NCBI GenBank assembly: GCA_963749205.1
Contig: CAVVLW010000011.1
Coordinates: 4,367-68,366, forward strand
Reading direction: 5' to 3'
Length of the DNA: 64,000 nt
DNA from: an uncultured Thermoplasmata archaeon
GTDB taxonomy: Archaea > Thermoplasmatota > Thermoplasmata > Lutacidiplasmatales > UBA184
The position numbers were made by a program, and so were the translations under genes. This document shows, in pieces, positions 8,993 through 19,207 of the stretch. The notes beneath the pieces are model-generated. The model saw nothing but the letters and a program-made list of their open reading frames with translations, had not been told where the DNA came from and did no database searches. Position 1 is the stretch's first letter. Every line of letters begins with the position of its first letter.

Positions 8993-9702
8993 GCTCGGGC
9001 CAACCACTGCCGTACGGGTACTCGTGGAGTTCGCCCCTCCCGCAGACGGGACACGTCACGACTTCGCGGGGCGAAGTGGTGCAGATCACGGTCGCGTTCG
9101 CGGTCCTCACGCTCGACCTGGTGCTGTTGTTGAGCGGCTCGGACCTCCTCTTCGGCACCAACGTATCGAGCGTGACCTACCTCGTCACCCCCACGATCGT
9201 GGCGGTCGCCGCGACGGCGGCCCTCACGGGGTTCCTCGCGCACGAGATGGCCCACAAGGTCGTCGCGCAACGACGCGGGTACTGGGCGGAGTTCCAGTGG
9301 TCTCCGGTCGGCCTCCTGTTTTCCGTGTTCACCGCCGCCTTTGGGTTCCTCTTCGCGGCACCGGGGGCCACGCGGGTCGGCGGAATGTCCGACCCTCGGG
9401 AGTGGGGTCGCACGGCCCTGGCCGGCCCGGTGATCAATCTCGTTTTCGGGGGAATGTTCTACGCCACCGCCGTGGTCGCCTGGAGCGCCGGGGCATCCGC
9501 CTTCCGTTGGCTCCTGCTCCTCGCGTTCATCAACTCGTGGTTCGCCGTGTTCAACCTCATCCCATTCGGCGTCCTCGACGGAGCGAAGGTCGCGCGCTGG
9601 AGCTGGGGAATCTGGGCCGCGGTCATGACGGTCGCGGTCGCGGTGGGGGCGGTCAGCTGGCTCTCCTTCTTCTACTACGGGACTCCCTTCCTGCACGGCT
9701 GA
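8989..9702 (+). CDS. M50-family (site-2 protease-like) membrane zinc metalloprotease
   Basis: HEMAHKVVAQRRG (HExxH) within TM helix 3, a second metal-ligand region ...FAVFNLIPFGVLDG..., about 6 TM helices. Confidence 0.75.
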   Translation: MSSGQPLPYGYSWSSPLPQTGHVTTSRGEVVQITVAFAVLTLDLVLLLSGSDLLFGTNVSSVTYLVTPTIVAVAATAALTGFLAHEMAHKVVAQRRGYWAEFQWSPVGLLFSVFTAAFGFLFAAPGATRVGGMSDPREWGRTALAGPVINLVFGGMFYATAVVAWSAGASAFRWLLLLAFINSWFAVFNLIPFGVLDGAKVARWSWGIWAAVMTVAVAVGAVSWLSFFYYGTPFLHG

Positions 9703-9714
9703 GGTCAATCGAGC

Positions 9715-10668
9715 GTGCCGCGGCCCAGGGTCCTCGAGCTCGGACAGGGACGCCTGCTCGTCGACATCGATTTTCGCGATACGGAGGGGCTCGTCGCGGC
9801 CTATTTGCTCCCGGAGGAGGACGGATGGTCCCTGATCGAGACCGGGCCCACGTCCTGTCGCGACGCCCTGCTCGAGGGCATCCGACATGCGGGGGTCGCC
9901 CGGGAGGAGATCCGGCGTGTCTTCGTCACCCATATCCATCTTGACCATGCGGGGGGCGTGGGGGCGCTGGCGGACCAACTCCCCCGGGCTACCTTCTATG
10001 CGCACGAACTCGGGGTGCCGCATCTGATCGACCCGACGAAGCTGATTGCGAGCGCCCGCCGCGCGTGGGGCGCGGCGGCGGATCCCCTGTGGGGAGCGAT
10101 ACTACCGGTACCTCCGCCGCGGATCGTGGCGCTGCACGGCGGCGAACGCTTTCCGCTCCGAGGCGGCGAGCTCTCGGTCCTCGCGACCCCCGGGCACGCC
10201 AAGCATCATCTCGCGTTCTTCGATTCCGCGACCCGCGGGATATTCGCCGGGGACGGCGCCGGGGTCCGGCTCGAGCGGAGTGCGCGGATCCGGCCCGCGG
10301 TGCCTCCGCCGGACCTCGACCTCGAACTCCTGTTCTCCAGCCTAGAGGCCATGCGGCGAATGGACCCGGCGCTCGTCCTCTACAGCCATTTCGGACCGAG
10401 CCCCGATGGCGCGGTCGACCTGGTGCGCTACCGAACGATCGTGGAGGAATGGCGGGACGTGGCGCTCGCTGCCGCGCGAGAGAAACCCGAGGCAAACTAT
10501 ATCGCGGAACGATTGCGGGAGCACGATACTCCTTCCGCGGGAGGGGAACAGAGGGATGCCCCGGCCCCGGATGACCGGTCGGTACTTGTCTCGGGGTACG
10601 ACCTCGCCGCGCAGGGCTTCCTCCGCTACTTCGAGACCCGCGGGTCGCTTCGAGAGGGGTTAGCCTGA
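9715..10668 (+). CDS. MBL-fold metallo-hydrolase
   Basis: THIHLDHAGG (HxHxDH), downstream His/Asp ligands (TPGHAKHH, GDG). Confidence 0.75.
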   Translation: MPRPRVLELGQGRLLVDIDFRDTEGLVAAYLLPEEDGWSLIETGPTSCRDALLEGIRHAGVAREEIRRVFVTHIHLDHAGGVGALADQLPRATFYAHELGVPHLIDPTKLIASARRAWGAAADPLWGAILPVPPPRIVALHGGERFPLRGGELSVLATPGHAKHHLAFFDSATRGIFAGDGAGVRLERSARIRPAVPPPDLDLELLFSSLEAMRRMDPALVLYSHFGPSPDGAVDLVRYRTIVEEWRDVALAAAREKPEANYIAERLREHDTPSAGGEQRDAPAPDDRSVLVSGYDLAAQGFLRYFETRGSLREGLA

Positions 10669-10709
10669 CGGAGATCGACGCGCGTTCCCGCCGCCGCGCC
10701 GCCTTCACC

Positions 10710-11948
10710 TTGTTTCTCGCCCGGGCGGTCTACGCGTTCAGCTGGTACAACGTTGGAGCCGTGCTACCGCTCATCGGTTCCGGGCTCGATATCCATACGG
10801 CCGAACTGGGGCTCGTGCTCGGCTCGTTCCTCCTCGGCGCCGCCGTGTTCCAGATCCCTGCGGGATTTGCCGCCCTCCGATGGGGGAGCCGACGCGTCTG
10901 TCTCGCCGCGCTGGCGATGATGGGCGCCTTCGCCCTCGCCTCCGCGTTCTCTCCGGATTGGTACGTCCTCGCCGCTCTCCGCTTCGGTACCGGCGCCGGC
11001 GCTGCGTTCTTCTTTGCCCCCGCCCTCGGACTGGTGGCAACGTACTATCCGGCGGGAACCCGGGGTCCCATCTTTGGCCTCTACAACGCGGGGTTCAGCG
11101 CGGGAGCGGCGGCGGGAATTCTGATCGGTGCCGTGCTCGGGAGCGAGTTCGGATGGCCGTGGGCGCTCGCGGTCGGTGGGCTCGGTCTCCTCGTGCCGGC
11201 GGCGGGGGCTGCGTTCGTCCTGCCCGAGACCCCCGTCCCGATCGCCCGTCGAACCGTTTCCGAACTCGTCCACGCCGCCACGCCGGTCCTTCGGTCGCGC
11301 CCGCTCTGGGCGCTCGCCTTGGCGCTCACCGGGGTCTGGGCTGCGTTCTACATCGTGGCGCAGTACTTTGTCGAGTTCGCCGCGACGGTCCATCCAACCT
11401 GGAGCCTCACGCTTGCAGCGAGCCTCCCGACCGTAATGATCCTCGTGGAGATCGTGGGCGGCCCGATCGGCGGCATCTTCGGCGAGCAGCGGCGCGACAT
11501 GCGCTATGCGCTCCTGATCTTCGGGGTCCCGGCTGCCCTCGCGGTCATCCTCATCCCATTCGTGCCGCTCGCGGGACTCGTTGCGGTCTTTGTTTTCCTC
11601 GGATTCGCCGACGGGGTGGTATTCGCCGTCCTCTATCTCATCCCCTCCTACTACGCCGAGGCGGCCGGAGACGGCCTCGCCCTAGCGCTCGCCCTCGTCA
11701 ACTGCGTTCAGATCTTTGCCGGTAGTGCCCTAGCGATCGCGTTCGGATTCATCGCGGCCGGGTACGGATACACCGTTGCGTGGGTCTTCGCCGGGGTCGT
11801 CGGGGTCGCGACTCTGCCGCTCTTGATCTGGGTCCAAGGTTCCCACAGCGACGCCGCGACGACACCGGACGTCGAAGTTCGGGGTACCGGGCATCCGGGC
11901 GAGCGTAGTGCGGAATCCCCCGGGGAACCTCGGGAGTTCGGTCTTTAG
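10710..11948 (+). CDS. MFS transporter (12 TM)
   Basis: 412 aa, 12 predicted TM helices, MFS-type GxLaDrxGrR-like loop (AALRWGSRRV). TTG start in the ORF track; a start further upstream is possible. Confidence 0.7.
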   Translation: MFLARAVYAFSWYNVGAVLPLIGSGLDIHTAELGLVLGSFLLGAAVFQIPAGFAALRWGSRRVCLAALAMMGAFALASAFSPDWYVLAALRFGTGAGAAFFFAPALGLVATYYPAGTRGPIFGLYNAGFSAGAAAGILIGAVLGSEFGWPWALAVGGLGLLVPAAGAAFVLPETPVPIARRTVSELVHAATPVLRSRPLWALALALTGVWAAFYIVAQYFVEFAATVHPTWSLTLAASLPTVMILVEIVGGPIGGIFGEQRRDMRYALLIFGVPAALAVILIPFVPLAGLVAVFVFLGFADGVVFAVLYLIPSYYAEAAGDGLALALALVNCVQIFAGSALAIAFGFIAAGYGYTVAWVFAGVVGVATLPLLIWVQGSHSDAATTPDVEVRGTGHPGERSAESPGEPREFGL

Positions 11949-11974
11949 TATCCCCCCGACCGTGGAGACGGTGC

Positions 11975-12047
11975 AGCCCCGTGGTGTAGTGGCCAAGCAT
12001 GCTGGCCTTTGGAGCCGGCGACAGCGGTTCGAATCCGCTCGGGGCTA
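11975..12047 (+). tRNA. tRNA-Gln (anticodon TTG), intron-less, CCA not encoded
   Basis: Manually folded: acceptor AGCCCCG/CGGGGCT; D-arm GTGT-AGTGGCCAA-GCAT; anticodon arm CTGGC-CTTTGGA-GCCGG (U33, anticodon UUG, R37); variable loop CGAC; T-arm AGCGG-TTCGAAT-CCGCT; discriminator A. Confidence 0.85.
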
Positions 12048-12283
12048 GTTCACACCACTCGCCTTCTGGCTAGGGCGTTCCGCGGGCGGCGCCTGAAGAA
12101 CCGACCGTCCCGGAAGGGGTTGCTTGAGTACGTCCCCGCAGTGAGCGAAGTTCACTCCACGAATCACTGGCTCCCGCCGCGACAAAGTTGCTGAGGCCGG
12201 CCCTCTTGGCTGCGAGAGATCTTGATGCAGGGGGATGGCTCCGCCGGATCAACAAAGGCCGAAGTCGGCAGTCGAAACGACGG

Positions 12284-12919
12284 CTACGGGTACTGCTCGC
12301 AGGTGATATCGAAGACGAACGTAGGAGTGTACACTCCGTTCTGTGAGGGCAGCGTGACGTTCAGCCAGAGGGACGCTGGGGGGTTGGAGTTGGCGTTCTC
12401 CCCCGAGAAGTTCAGTGGGAACGGGTGAGCGCTCCAGACGCCACTCTTGAGCTGTGCCTCCAACGATAGAATCGCAAAGGGGGAGAGCGCGACGATCCCG
12501 TTCACACTGCAGTTCACTGGGACGCCGGGGGGAAAGAGGTCTTCATAGATTGTCAGGCCGAGCCGCACCGCGCTTCCTGCGGGAGCCTGAATTGTCCAAA
12601 CAGAGGGCGATTCGCTGGTGGCATTGAACCAAGCTCCGACGTATTCGAAAACATTCGTCGCCGTCTTACCCGCCGGCACATTGGTGTAGTTGAACCATAG
12701 ATTTGCACCGTTAACGAGCACGTCCGTCGGTCCACTCGCCCGGGTCTCCAGGTAGAACGTGGCGAATACGACGCTCAGGACCACGACTACGACGGCGGCG
12801 ATGGCTGCCCAACGTCGGACTCGATGCGGTTTTTGAGTGATACCGGTTGGTCGCGGCCCACCGGGTTCTAGAGAGGATCCGGGGGGCGGTGTGCCGGCCG
12901 ATCCGACGAGCGCCGCCAT
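12284..12919 (-). CDS. membrane-anchored secreted protein with multiple N-glycosylation sequons (hypothetical surface protein)
   Basis: N-terminal TM/signal anchor (WAAIAAVVVVVLSVVFATFYL) followed by a beta-rich domain carrying NYT, NAT, NCS, NFS, NVT sequons. No recognisable family. Confidence 0.45.
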   Translation of the reverse strand: MAALVGSAGTPPPGSSLEPGGPRPTGITQKPHRVRRWAAIAAVVVVVLSVVFATFYLETRASGPTDVLVNGANLWFNYTNVPAGKTATNVFEYVGAWFNATSESPSVWTIQAPAGSAVRLGLTIYEDLFPPGVPVNCSVNGIVALSPFAILSLEAQLKSGVWSAHPFPLNFSGENANSNPPASLWLNVTLPSQNGVYTPTFVFDITCEQYP

Positions 12920-12964
12920 CCATTCGCCCCGCCGGGATTCGGCTCCGAGGTATTCAACCTATCC

Positions 12965-12979
12965 GTGTCAGGCTGCGGT
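12965..12979. repeat. left 15-bp target-site duplication GTGTCAGGCTGCGGT
   Basis: Identical 15-mer occurs at 14134..14148 immediately outside the right IS end. Confidence 0.7.
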
Positions 12980-14133
12980 TCTGGAGTACGGAAATTAGTT
13001 CCCTCTCCCGCCCAAGAAGAACCTGCCCTCCTGCCTTCCACTGGAAAGGGGGGTTCGAAGGGGGGACCGACCTTCGGTTCCTGGCAGCGTCTCCTTCCCC
13101 CGAGGTCCTTCGGTCGCGTGACCAAGCTCACCGACCGTCGCATCGAGTGGCTGATCCGCCAGGCGCAAGGAACCGTTCGGCCTCGCGAGACGGTCGGTCA
13201 GATGGCCGCCCGCTGGGGCGTCACGCCTCGCTGGCTGAGGAAGCTCCTTCAACGGTGGCGCCAGTCCGGGGTCGTGCCCCACCTCAACCCCCGACGGCGA
13301 CCTCCCGGGCCTCCGCTGACCGACGAGGAGAAGCAGGCGATAGAGGAGGAACACCGTCGGTCGCCTCGCGGCGCCACGAAGCTCTGGCGAGCTCTGGCGC
13401 GACGCGGAGTCCGCATCCCGCACGAGAAGGTCTACCGCTACGCCCGGAGCCAAGGCTGGGCGGTACCCAACCCGCGCAAGCAGCGACCCCGGGGCCGATG
13501 TCGATACGAGCGGGAGCACACGGGCTCTCTGGTGCACACCGACTTCCACCGAACCAGCCTGGACCATCCCCACGTCATCCTCTACGAGGACGACGCCAGT
13601 CGGAAGGTGCTGGCCGGGGGCGAGTTCCCCGAGCAGTCGACCGAGCATGCGATCGAGATGCTCGAGGAGGCGATCGCGGAGGCGGCGAGCTGGGGCCTCT
13701 CGATCCGCGAGGTGAACACCGACCGGGGGACGGAGTTCTTCGTCAGTCCGAAGGTCGACCGGCCGGACGCCAGCCCGGGGCAGTTCCAGCGATTCCTGGC
13801 GGAGCACGGGATCCGCCATGTCGTCAGTCGGCTGAAGAACCCACAAACCAACGGCAAGCTAGAGCGGTTGTGGTACCAGTACCGACCGCCATCGGTGGCG
13901 GTTCCCCACGCTGGGGGAGTTCATCGAGTGGTACAACGACCAGATCCACGACGCGCTGTGGCTGGAGATGTACGAGACCCCGCGGGAGGCGTTCCAGCGG
14001 AAGCTACCCCCCGAGGTCCTCCTGGGACTCCACCTACGTCAGGTCGCGGCGATCGCAGGAGAGGCATGACCGACGGAGATCCTCCCCCGAACCCCCACCG
14101 TTCAAGTACCGGAACTAATACCCGTACTCAACA
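12980..14133 (+). mobile_element. IS481-like insertion sequence (about 1154 bp) with imperfect terminal inverted repeats
   Basis: Left end TCTGGAGTACGGAAATTAGTTCC (12980-13002) against the reverse complement of the right end TGTTGAGTACGGGTATTAGTTCC (14111-14133): 19/23 matches, with a core 17-mer matching 15/17. Flanked by perfect 15-bp direct repeats. Encodes one rve-type DDE transposase. Confidence 0.75.
13118..14069 (+). CDS. DDE transposase/integrase (rve core), frame broken near 13880-13900
   Basis: N-terminal HTH (VTKLTDRRIEWLIRQAQG...), catalytic core ...HTDFHRT...NTDRGTEFF...NGKLERLW. The C-terminal ...FPTLGEFIEWYNDQIHDALWLEMYETPREAF is in a different frame (F P T L starts at 13902). 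GTG start assumed. Confidence 0.75.
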
Positions 14134-14148
14134 GTGTCAGGCTGCGGT
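14134..14148. repeat. right 15-bp target-site duplication GTGTCAGGCTGCGGT
   Basis: Identical to 12965..12979. Confidence 0.7.
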
Positions 14149-14308
14149 ACTGAGCCTTGAGCGGTTTTCTAGCGCCGGGGGTGTGCAAAGAGGCCGGTCT
14201 CCGAAGGGAGGGCGGAGTCCGGCTTTTCGCGGGTGGGCTAGGTCTTCTCCTTCCTGCGTCGCTCGGCCCGTGGCTGGGGCCCCATTTCCTTCGGACCGCA
14301 GCACGCGT

Positions 14309-14725
14309 TTAGGGATTCCGAGCCGGAAGAACCTGGAAACCAGCCTCCGAAAAATTGTGGTCGAAGGTGAAGGCGCGACCGATTTCGAGCTCTTGCATCA
14401 GGACAAAGCTCGTGCAATCGGTCAGGCTCCACCGCTTGTCCTCATGAGCGAGCATCAGCTCGACCGCATGGTCGAAGTCGCGCTCGGAGACCCGCAGCAT
14501 TTGCAGGTTTGACGAGCCGGTGAGAAGGCCTCGCAGACTTCGCACTGGACCGATTCCGAGCCGCATACGAAGGAGCGTGTAGGTCTCATCGAGAACATAA
14601 TCCGTGGTCAGGATTCTGCCGAACTCCCCCTCGGTCACGCGCCCGAAGAGCTTGACCGCATCCTCGTTGCGGCGCTCACGATTGTCTGCGAGCGCGTACC
14701 AAGCGCTCGAGTCGACAAGGATCAT
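14309..14725 (-). CDS. vapC: PIN-domain ribonuclease toxin VapC
   Basis: MILVDSSAWYALADNRERRNEDA... (PIN acidic residues D5, E...; ...DYVLDET...). Internal start chosen; ATGA overlap with the vapB stop. Confidence 0.75.
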   Translation of the reverse strand: MILVDSSAWYALADNRERRNEDAVKLFGRVTEGEFGRILTTDYVLDETYTLLRMRLGIGPVRSLRGLLTGSSNLQMLRVSERDFDHAVELMLAHEDKRWSLTDCTSFVLMQELEIGRAFTFDHNFSEAGFQVLPARNP

Positions 14726-14961
14726 TCTAGGGGACCATACAGGATTTCGTCGTGATGCTCGGCCACGTTCGTCCTCGGTCCCTTTCTCCGGACGAGAGGG
14801 AATGCGGTAAAAAGCGGATCTGACGGGTCCACGTTGTCCGGCAACAGCTGCGCCCGAAGGGCGGCCCGAATCCAATCCTGCATCGTCTTACCTTCACCGC
14901 GTGCCTTCCGGCGGAGGAGCTCGTACTCTGCTTCCGGAACTCGGGTTTGGATTAACTTCAT
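14722..14961 (-). CDS. vapB: ribbon-helix-helix-type antitoxin VapB
   Basis: 79 aa. MKLIQTRVPEAEYELLRRKARGEGKTMQDWIRAAL is an RHH/CopG-like N-terminus; located directly upstream of vapC and overlapping it. Confidence 0.65.
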   Translation of the reverse strand: MKLIQTRVPEAEYELLRRKARGEGKTMQDWIRAALRAQLLPDNVDPSDPLFTAFPLVRRKGPRTNVAEHHDEILYGPLE

Positions 14962-15242
14962 ACAATCTGCTATCTGTTACTGACTATATGAGGGTGCCCG
15001 GCCCTGGTTGAGCCTGGCGAGTGCGGATGGGAGCCTCCACCGCCGTCGCCGGGGTCGGACCCGGACCGATTCCGATCATTGAAATGGGTTCATGGAGCGG
15101 CCGAGGAGGCCCCCCGAGAGTTGGACGCGCAAAGTTCCGTGGGTTTGATCGGCCAGCATGCGTATGCACGCCGCGGATGTATCCAACTTATCCCGTTGCG
15201 GCAGGCGAATCCGCTCAGGGCGATATCCCCCTCCTGAGTGGT

Positions 15243-16210
15243 TTACGGCGCGCCCGCCCCTGTGGAACTCGCGAGCACGGCAGGAAACCCTTGACGGACG
15301 GTGGGAAACTTGAGTTCCAGACCCAACAGGTCCTTCGCCCGCTGATTGCGGGCTCTACGAGAGCTCGTGAACGTCTCCGCATTCACGCGCCCTACCATGA
15401 GGGACGCGAGCCATACCGGGACGGTCCGCCGAACCGGAGGTCGTCCGAGGCTTGCTGCCAAGCTTGCTTGCCACGCAGATTGGGTCAGCGGCTCGTCGTC
15501 GACGATGAGGAACTCCTCTCCCCGGTGAGCGCGCTCCACCGCGGCCCGAATCCCTTCCCCGACGTCCGTCGACGACACCAACGACGAGTAATTGGACCCG
15601 AGGCCGACCAGCACCCCCCGGTTCTGGCGAATTCGGTTAGCGAATCCCGGGAACCAGCCGGACGGCCCGTAAATGAGTCCCATCCGGAGCGTGACGAGCG
15701 GAAGCCCCCACTCCCGCTGCGCCTCGGCGAGGAGCGCACGGGAGAGGACACTGAGGTGCGAATAACCGCTGGGCGCCGAAGCGCGGGGCGTGGATTCGTC
15801 GAACCATGCTTCGCCCGTCGGGGCGTAGTCTTCGAGGCCGCTCAGTGCCACATAGGTATGGAGCGAGGCCGCCTGGGCACGCACCTTCGAGAGGAGGAAG
15901 GCGACCATTCGTCGCCGCACCTCCGCCCCACGACGGGCCTTGCCCAAAGTCAGCGGCCGGAGAATCGGACCTGCGTTGCGTCCACGACGGCCGTGATCCC
16001 TTCCATCGCCGCTTGCCAGTCGCCTTGGCCCGACAGGTCTCCGACGACCGTGGCAACTTGTTGGCCCTGGAATAGTTTCGCTGCCTCGGGTCGCCGGATC
16101 AGCGCCCGAACGGTGTGGCCGTGCGCAGCCAGTGCCCGGGTGGCCGCTTCGCCCACCAGGCCGGTCGATCCGACGACGAGGACGGTCTCGGACACCACAA
16201 CCTCGCTCAA
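15243..16210 (-). CDS. NmrA-like NAD(P)-binding SDR-family protein (atypical epimerase/dehydratase); frame broken near 15948
   Basis: N-terminal Rossmann motif VLVVGSTGLVGEAATRALAAHGHTVRALIRRPE (ORF 15950..16210) continues as ...PLTLGKARRGAEVRR...YG... in ORF 15243..15947. The two ORFs are in different frames. Confidence 0.65.
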
Positions 16211-16318
16211 GGGCCGGGCAGAATAAAGCGTGGGGTTGGTCCGCCCTTCCCCCCCAGAGGCCTATGCCCGGTCCGGCGAGGGCTTAACCTCCGGGCCTGA
16301 TACCGTCCGGGTGGTTCC

Positions 16319-17379
16319 ATGGCAGTCGATCCAGACAAGTTGAACCAGTTCGTCGGAAAGTTTCTCGGCGATGTCGGTGCTGCTATCCACGGACCGACCA
16401 TCTTGATCGGAGAACAACTCGGTCTCTACAAGGCCCTGGCCGCGGGCGGACCAATGAGCTCGGAGCGACTCGCGGAAAAGACCGGCATTCCAGAACGCTA
16501 CGCCCGCGAGTGGCTCGCGGGGCAGGCAGCTTCCGGGTACGTCAGAGTACCAGTGCCGGCGCCGGACGTTACTGGATGACGCCCGAACAGGCGTTCGCCT
16601 TGACGGTGGAGGACAACCCGGTCTACATTCCGGGGGTGTACTACACGATCGGGTCCGTCTACAAGGACCAACGGAAGATCGCCGAGGCGATCAAGTCCGG
16701 CAAGGGGTTCGGCTGGCACGAACACCACAACGACCTCTTCATCGGCACGAAGAAGTTCTTTCGACCCGGCTATCTCGCCAATCTCGTGAGTTCCTGGCTC
16801 CCGAGCCTCGAGGGGGTCGTGCCGAAGCTCGAGGCGGGCGCCCGCGTCGCTGATGTCGGCTGCGGTCTCGGCGCCTCGACCATCATCATGGCCAAGGCGT
16901 TTCCGAAATCCAAGTTCATCGGCTTCGACTACCACTTGGAGTCGATCGAATGGGCCCAGAACGATGCGGTGACGGCGAGTGTGACCCCCAACACGGACTT
17001 TGAGGTCGCGACCGCGAAGGATTTCCGGGGGAAGGACTACGACCTCATTTGTTTCTTCGACTGTCTCCACGACATGGGCGACCCCGTCGGTGCGGCGCAC
17101 CACGCGCTCAAGACGCTCAAACCGGACGGGACGCTGATGGTCGTCGAACCGTTTGCCCACGACCGGGTCGAACAGAACATGAATCCGGTCGGCCGGATCT
17201 TCTATAACGCGTCCCTCTTGGTCTGCGTCCCCGCGTCCCTATCTCAGGAGGTCGGGAAAGGTTTGGGGGCTCAGGCGAGCGATGCGAGCCTGTTCGAAGT
17301 GTTCCGCGACGCGGGATTCACGCGGGTTCGGAAGGCGATCGAGACGCCATTCAACCGGGTCTTCGAAGCACGGCCCTGA
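16319..17379 (+). CDS. SAM-dependent methyltransferase with N-terminal winged-helix dimerisation domain; frame broken near 16545-16560
   Basis: The wHTH part (...ERLAEKTGIPERYAREWLAGQAASGYV) lies in ORF 16319..16579. The methyltransferase part with motif I VADVGCGLGAST and ...ICFFDCLHDMGDP lies in ORF 16510..17379, in another frame. Confidence 0.7.
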
Positions 17380-17506
17380 ACCCAGTGAGCCGGTGGCGCA
17401 TTCGGCCCTCCCAACGTTCAAAAGGCAGGCGTAGCTGTCGGGAGCCGGGGTCGAAGAACGACATGGGCCGCTACGTCTTCACCCGGTCATCGGTAGAGGA
17501 CCTCCC

Positions 17507-18899
17507 ATGACCGGCATTCGAAAGGAGACCGACAGCCTCGGCGAGGTCGACGTTCCCGCAGACAAGCTTTGGGGAGCGCAGACCCAGCGATCCCTTGAAT
17601 ACTTCAGCATCGGCCAAGACCTCATTCCGCGGGAGATGATCACCGCTTACGCGACGCTGAAGAAGGCCGCCGCGATCGCCAACCATGACGGCCATCGGCT
17701 GGCCGAGGGACCCTACCGGTTGATCGGTACAGGTCTGCGACGAGATCCTTGCCGGCCAGCATCACGACATGTTTCCGCTTCACGTTTGGATGACGGGGAG
17801 CGGCACCCAGTTCAACATGAACGTGAACGAGGTGATCTCCAACCGCTGCTGCCAACTTGCTGGGACGCCGCTCGGAAGCAAATTGCCGGTGCACCCGAAC
17901 GACCACGTTAACATGGCCCAATCGACCAATGACACCTTCCCGTCCGCCATGTACATCGCCGCGGCCATGAGCGTGAAGCAGAAGCTGGTCCCGGCGGTAA
18001 AGGCGCTCGAGGCGGCGATCGCTTCGAAGGCCGAAGCGTGGCGCGACATCGTGAAGATCGGGCGGACTCACCTGCAGGACGCCACGCCCCTGGCCCTCGG
18101 CCAAGAGTGGTCCGGTTATGCGGGAATGCTGGCGGAGGACCTGGAGCGGATCGAGGACGCATTGAAGGGCGTGTACCGACTCGCCTTGGGCGGGACCGCG
18201 GTCGGGACCGGCATCAATTCGGCGCCCGGTTTCGGCGAGGCGGCGGCGGCCGAGATCGCCCGGTCCACGGGTCTGCCCTTTGTAAGCGCACCCAACAAGT
18301 TCGCGGTGCAGGGCGCCCACGACGCGCTGGTGCAGCTTTCCGGTACGCTTCGTACGCTCGCCGGCTCGCTCTACAAGATCGCGAATGATATCCGACTTTT
18401 GTCCTGCGGTCCTCGAGCGGGGTTCGCCGAGCTGTCGATCCCGGAGAACGAGCCCGGGTCGTCCATCATGCCGGGCAAGGTGAACCCGACGCAGGCCGAG
18501 GCGCTGACGATGATCGCGGTCCAGGTGATGGCGAACGACGTCGCCGTCGGCTTCGGCGGCGCAGGAGGTTACCTCGAGATGAACGTCTACAAGCCCCTGA
18601 TGATCTACAACGTCACCCACTCGATCACGATCATGGCGGACGGGTGTACCAACTTCCGCAAGTTCTTGATCGAGGGGACGGAGCCGAATCGGAAAAAGAT
18701 CCAGGAGTACGTCGACCGCTCCCTCATGCTCGTGACCGCTCTCTCGCCGGTCATCGGCTACGACAAGGCGTCACAGATCGCGCACTATGCCTTGGAAAAC
18801 GACCTCACACTGAAGGCCGCCGCGCTGAAGCTGGGCTTCGTGACCGAAGAAATGTTCGACCGAGTGGTCGACCCGGCGAAGATGATCAAACCGCAGTAG
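17507..18899 (+). CDS. fumC: fumarate hydratase class II; frame broken near 17727-17731
   Basis: [33 protein letters not shown]... (ORF 17507..17911) then ...[35 protein letters not shown]...[13 protein letters not shown] (ORF 17769..18899). Class-II fumarase signature. Confidence 0.9.
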
Positions 18900-19207
18900 C
18901 ACGACCCCCTGCGCGGTCTGAAACCGCGAGTTTCAAGAGGGCCGAGATGCCGACATCCCTAGGTCCTGACGAGGGAACCCCAATCGGTGGGTCCTCGTCC
19001 CGAGGATCAGCCCCGTACCGACCTCCACAACTCGACGGAGAACCCATCCGACACCACCCTGCTGCAGGTCCCCAAGGTCGGTCCTGCTCCGCGCCGGGGG
19101 CCGCGGTACACGCTGAAGCATCTGAATCTCCTCACAATCAGGCCCTCGGCCTTCGACCGGATTTATCCACCACGCGCGACCGCACGCCCCGCCGTGAGAT
19201 CGACCGT

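Noticed and set aside
12847-14118. 423-aa and 283-aa ORFs overlapping the IS element in other frames
   Set aside because: Low-complexity R/P/G translations. Only the frame carrying the HTH and rve (DDE) motifs is coding.
15021-16226. 401-aa plus-strand ORF
   Set aside because: Antisense to the NmrA-like SDR gene. Extreme R/P/G composition, no motifs.
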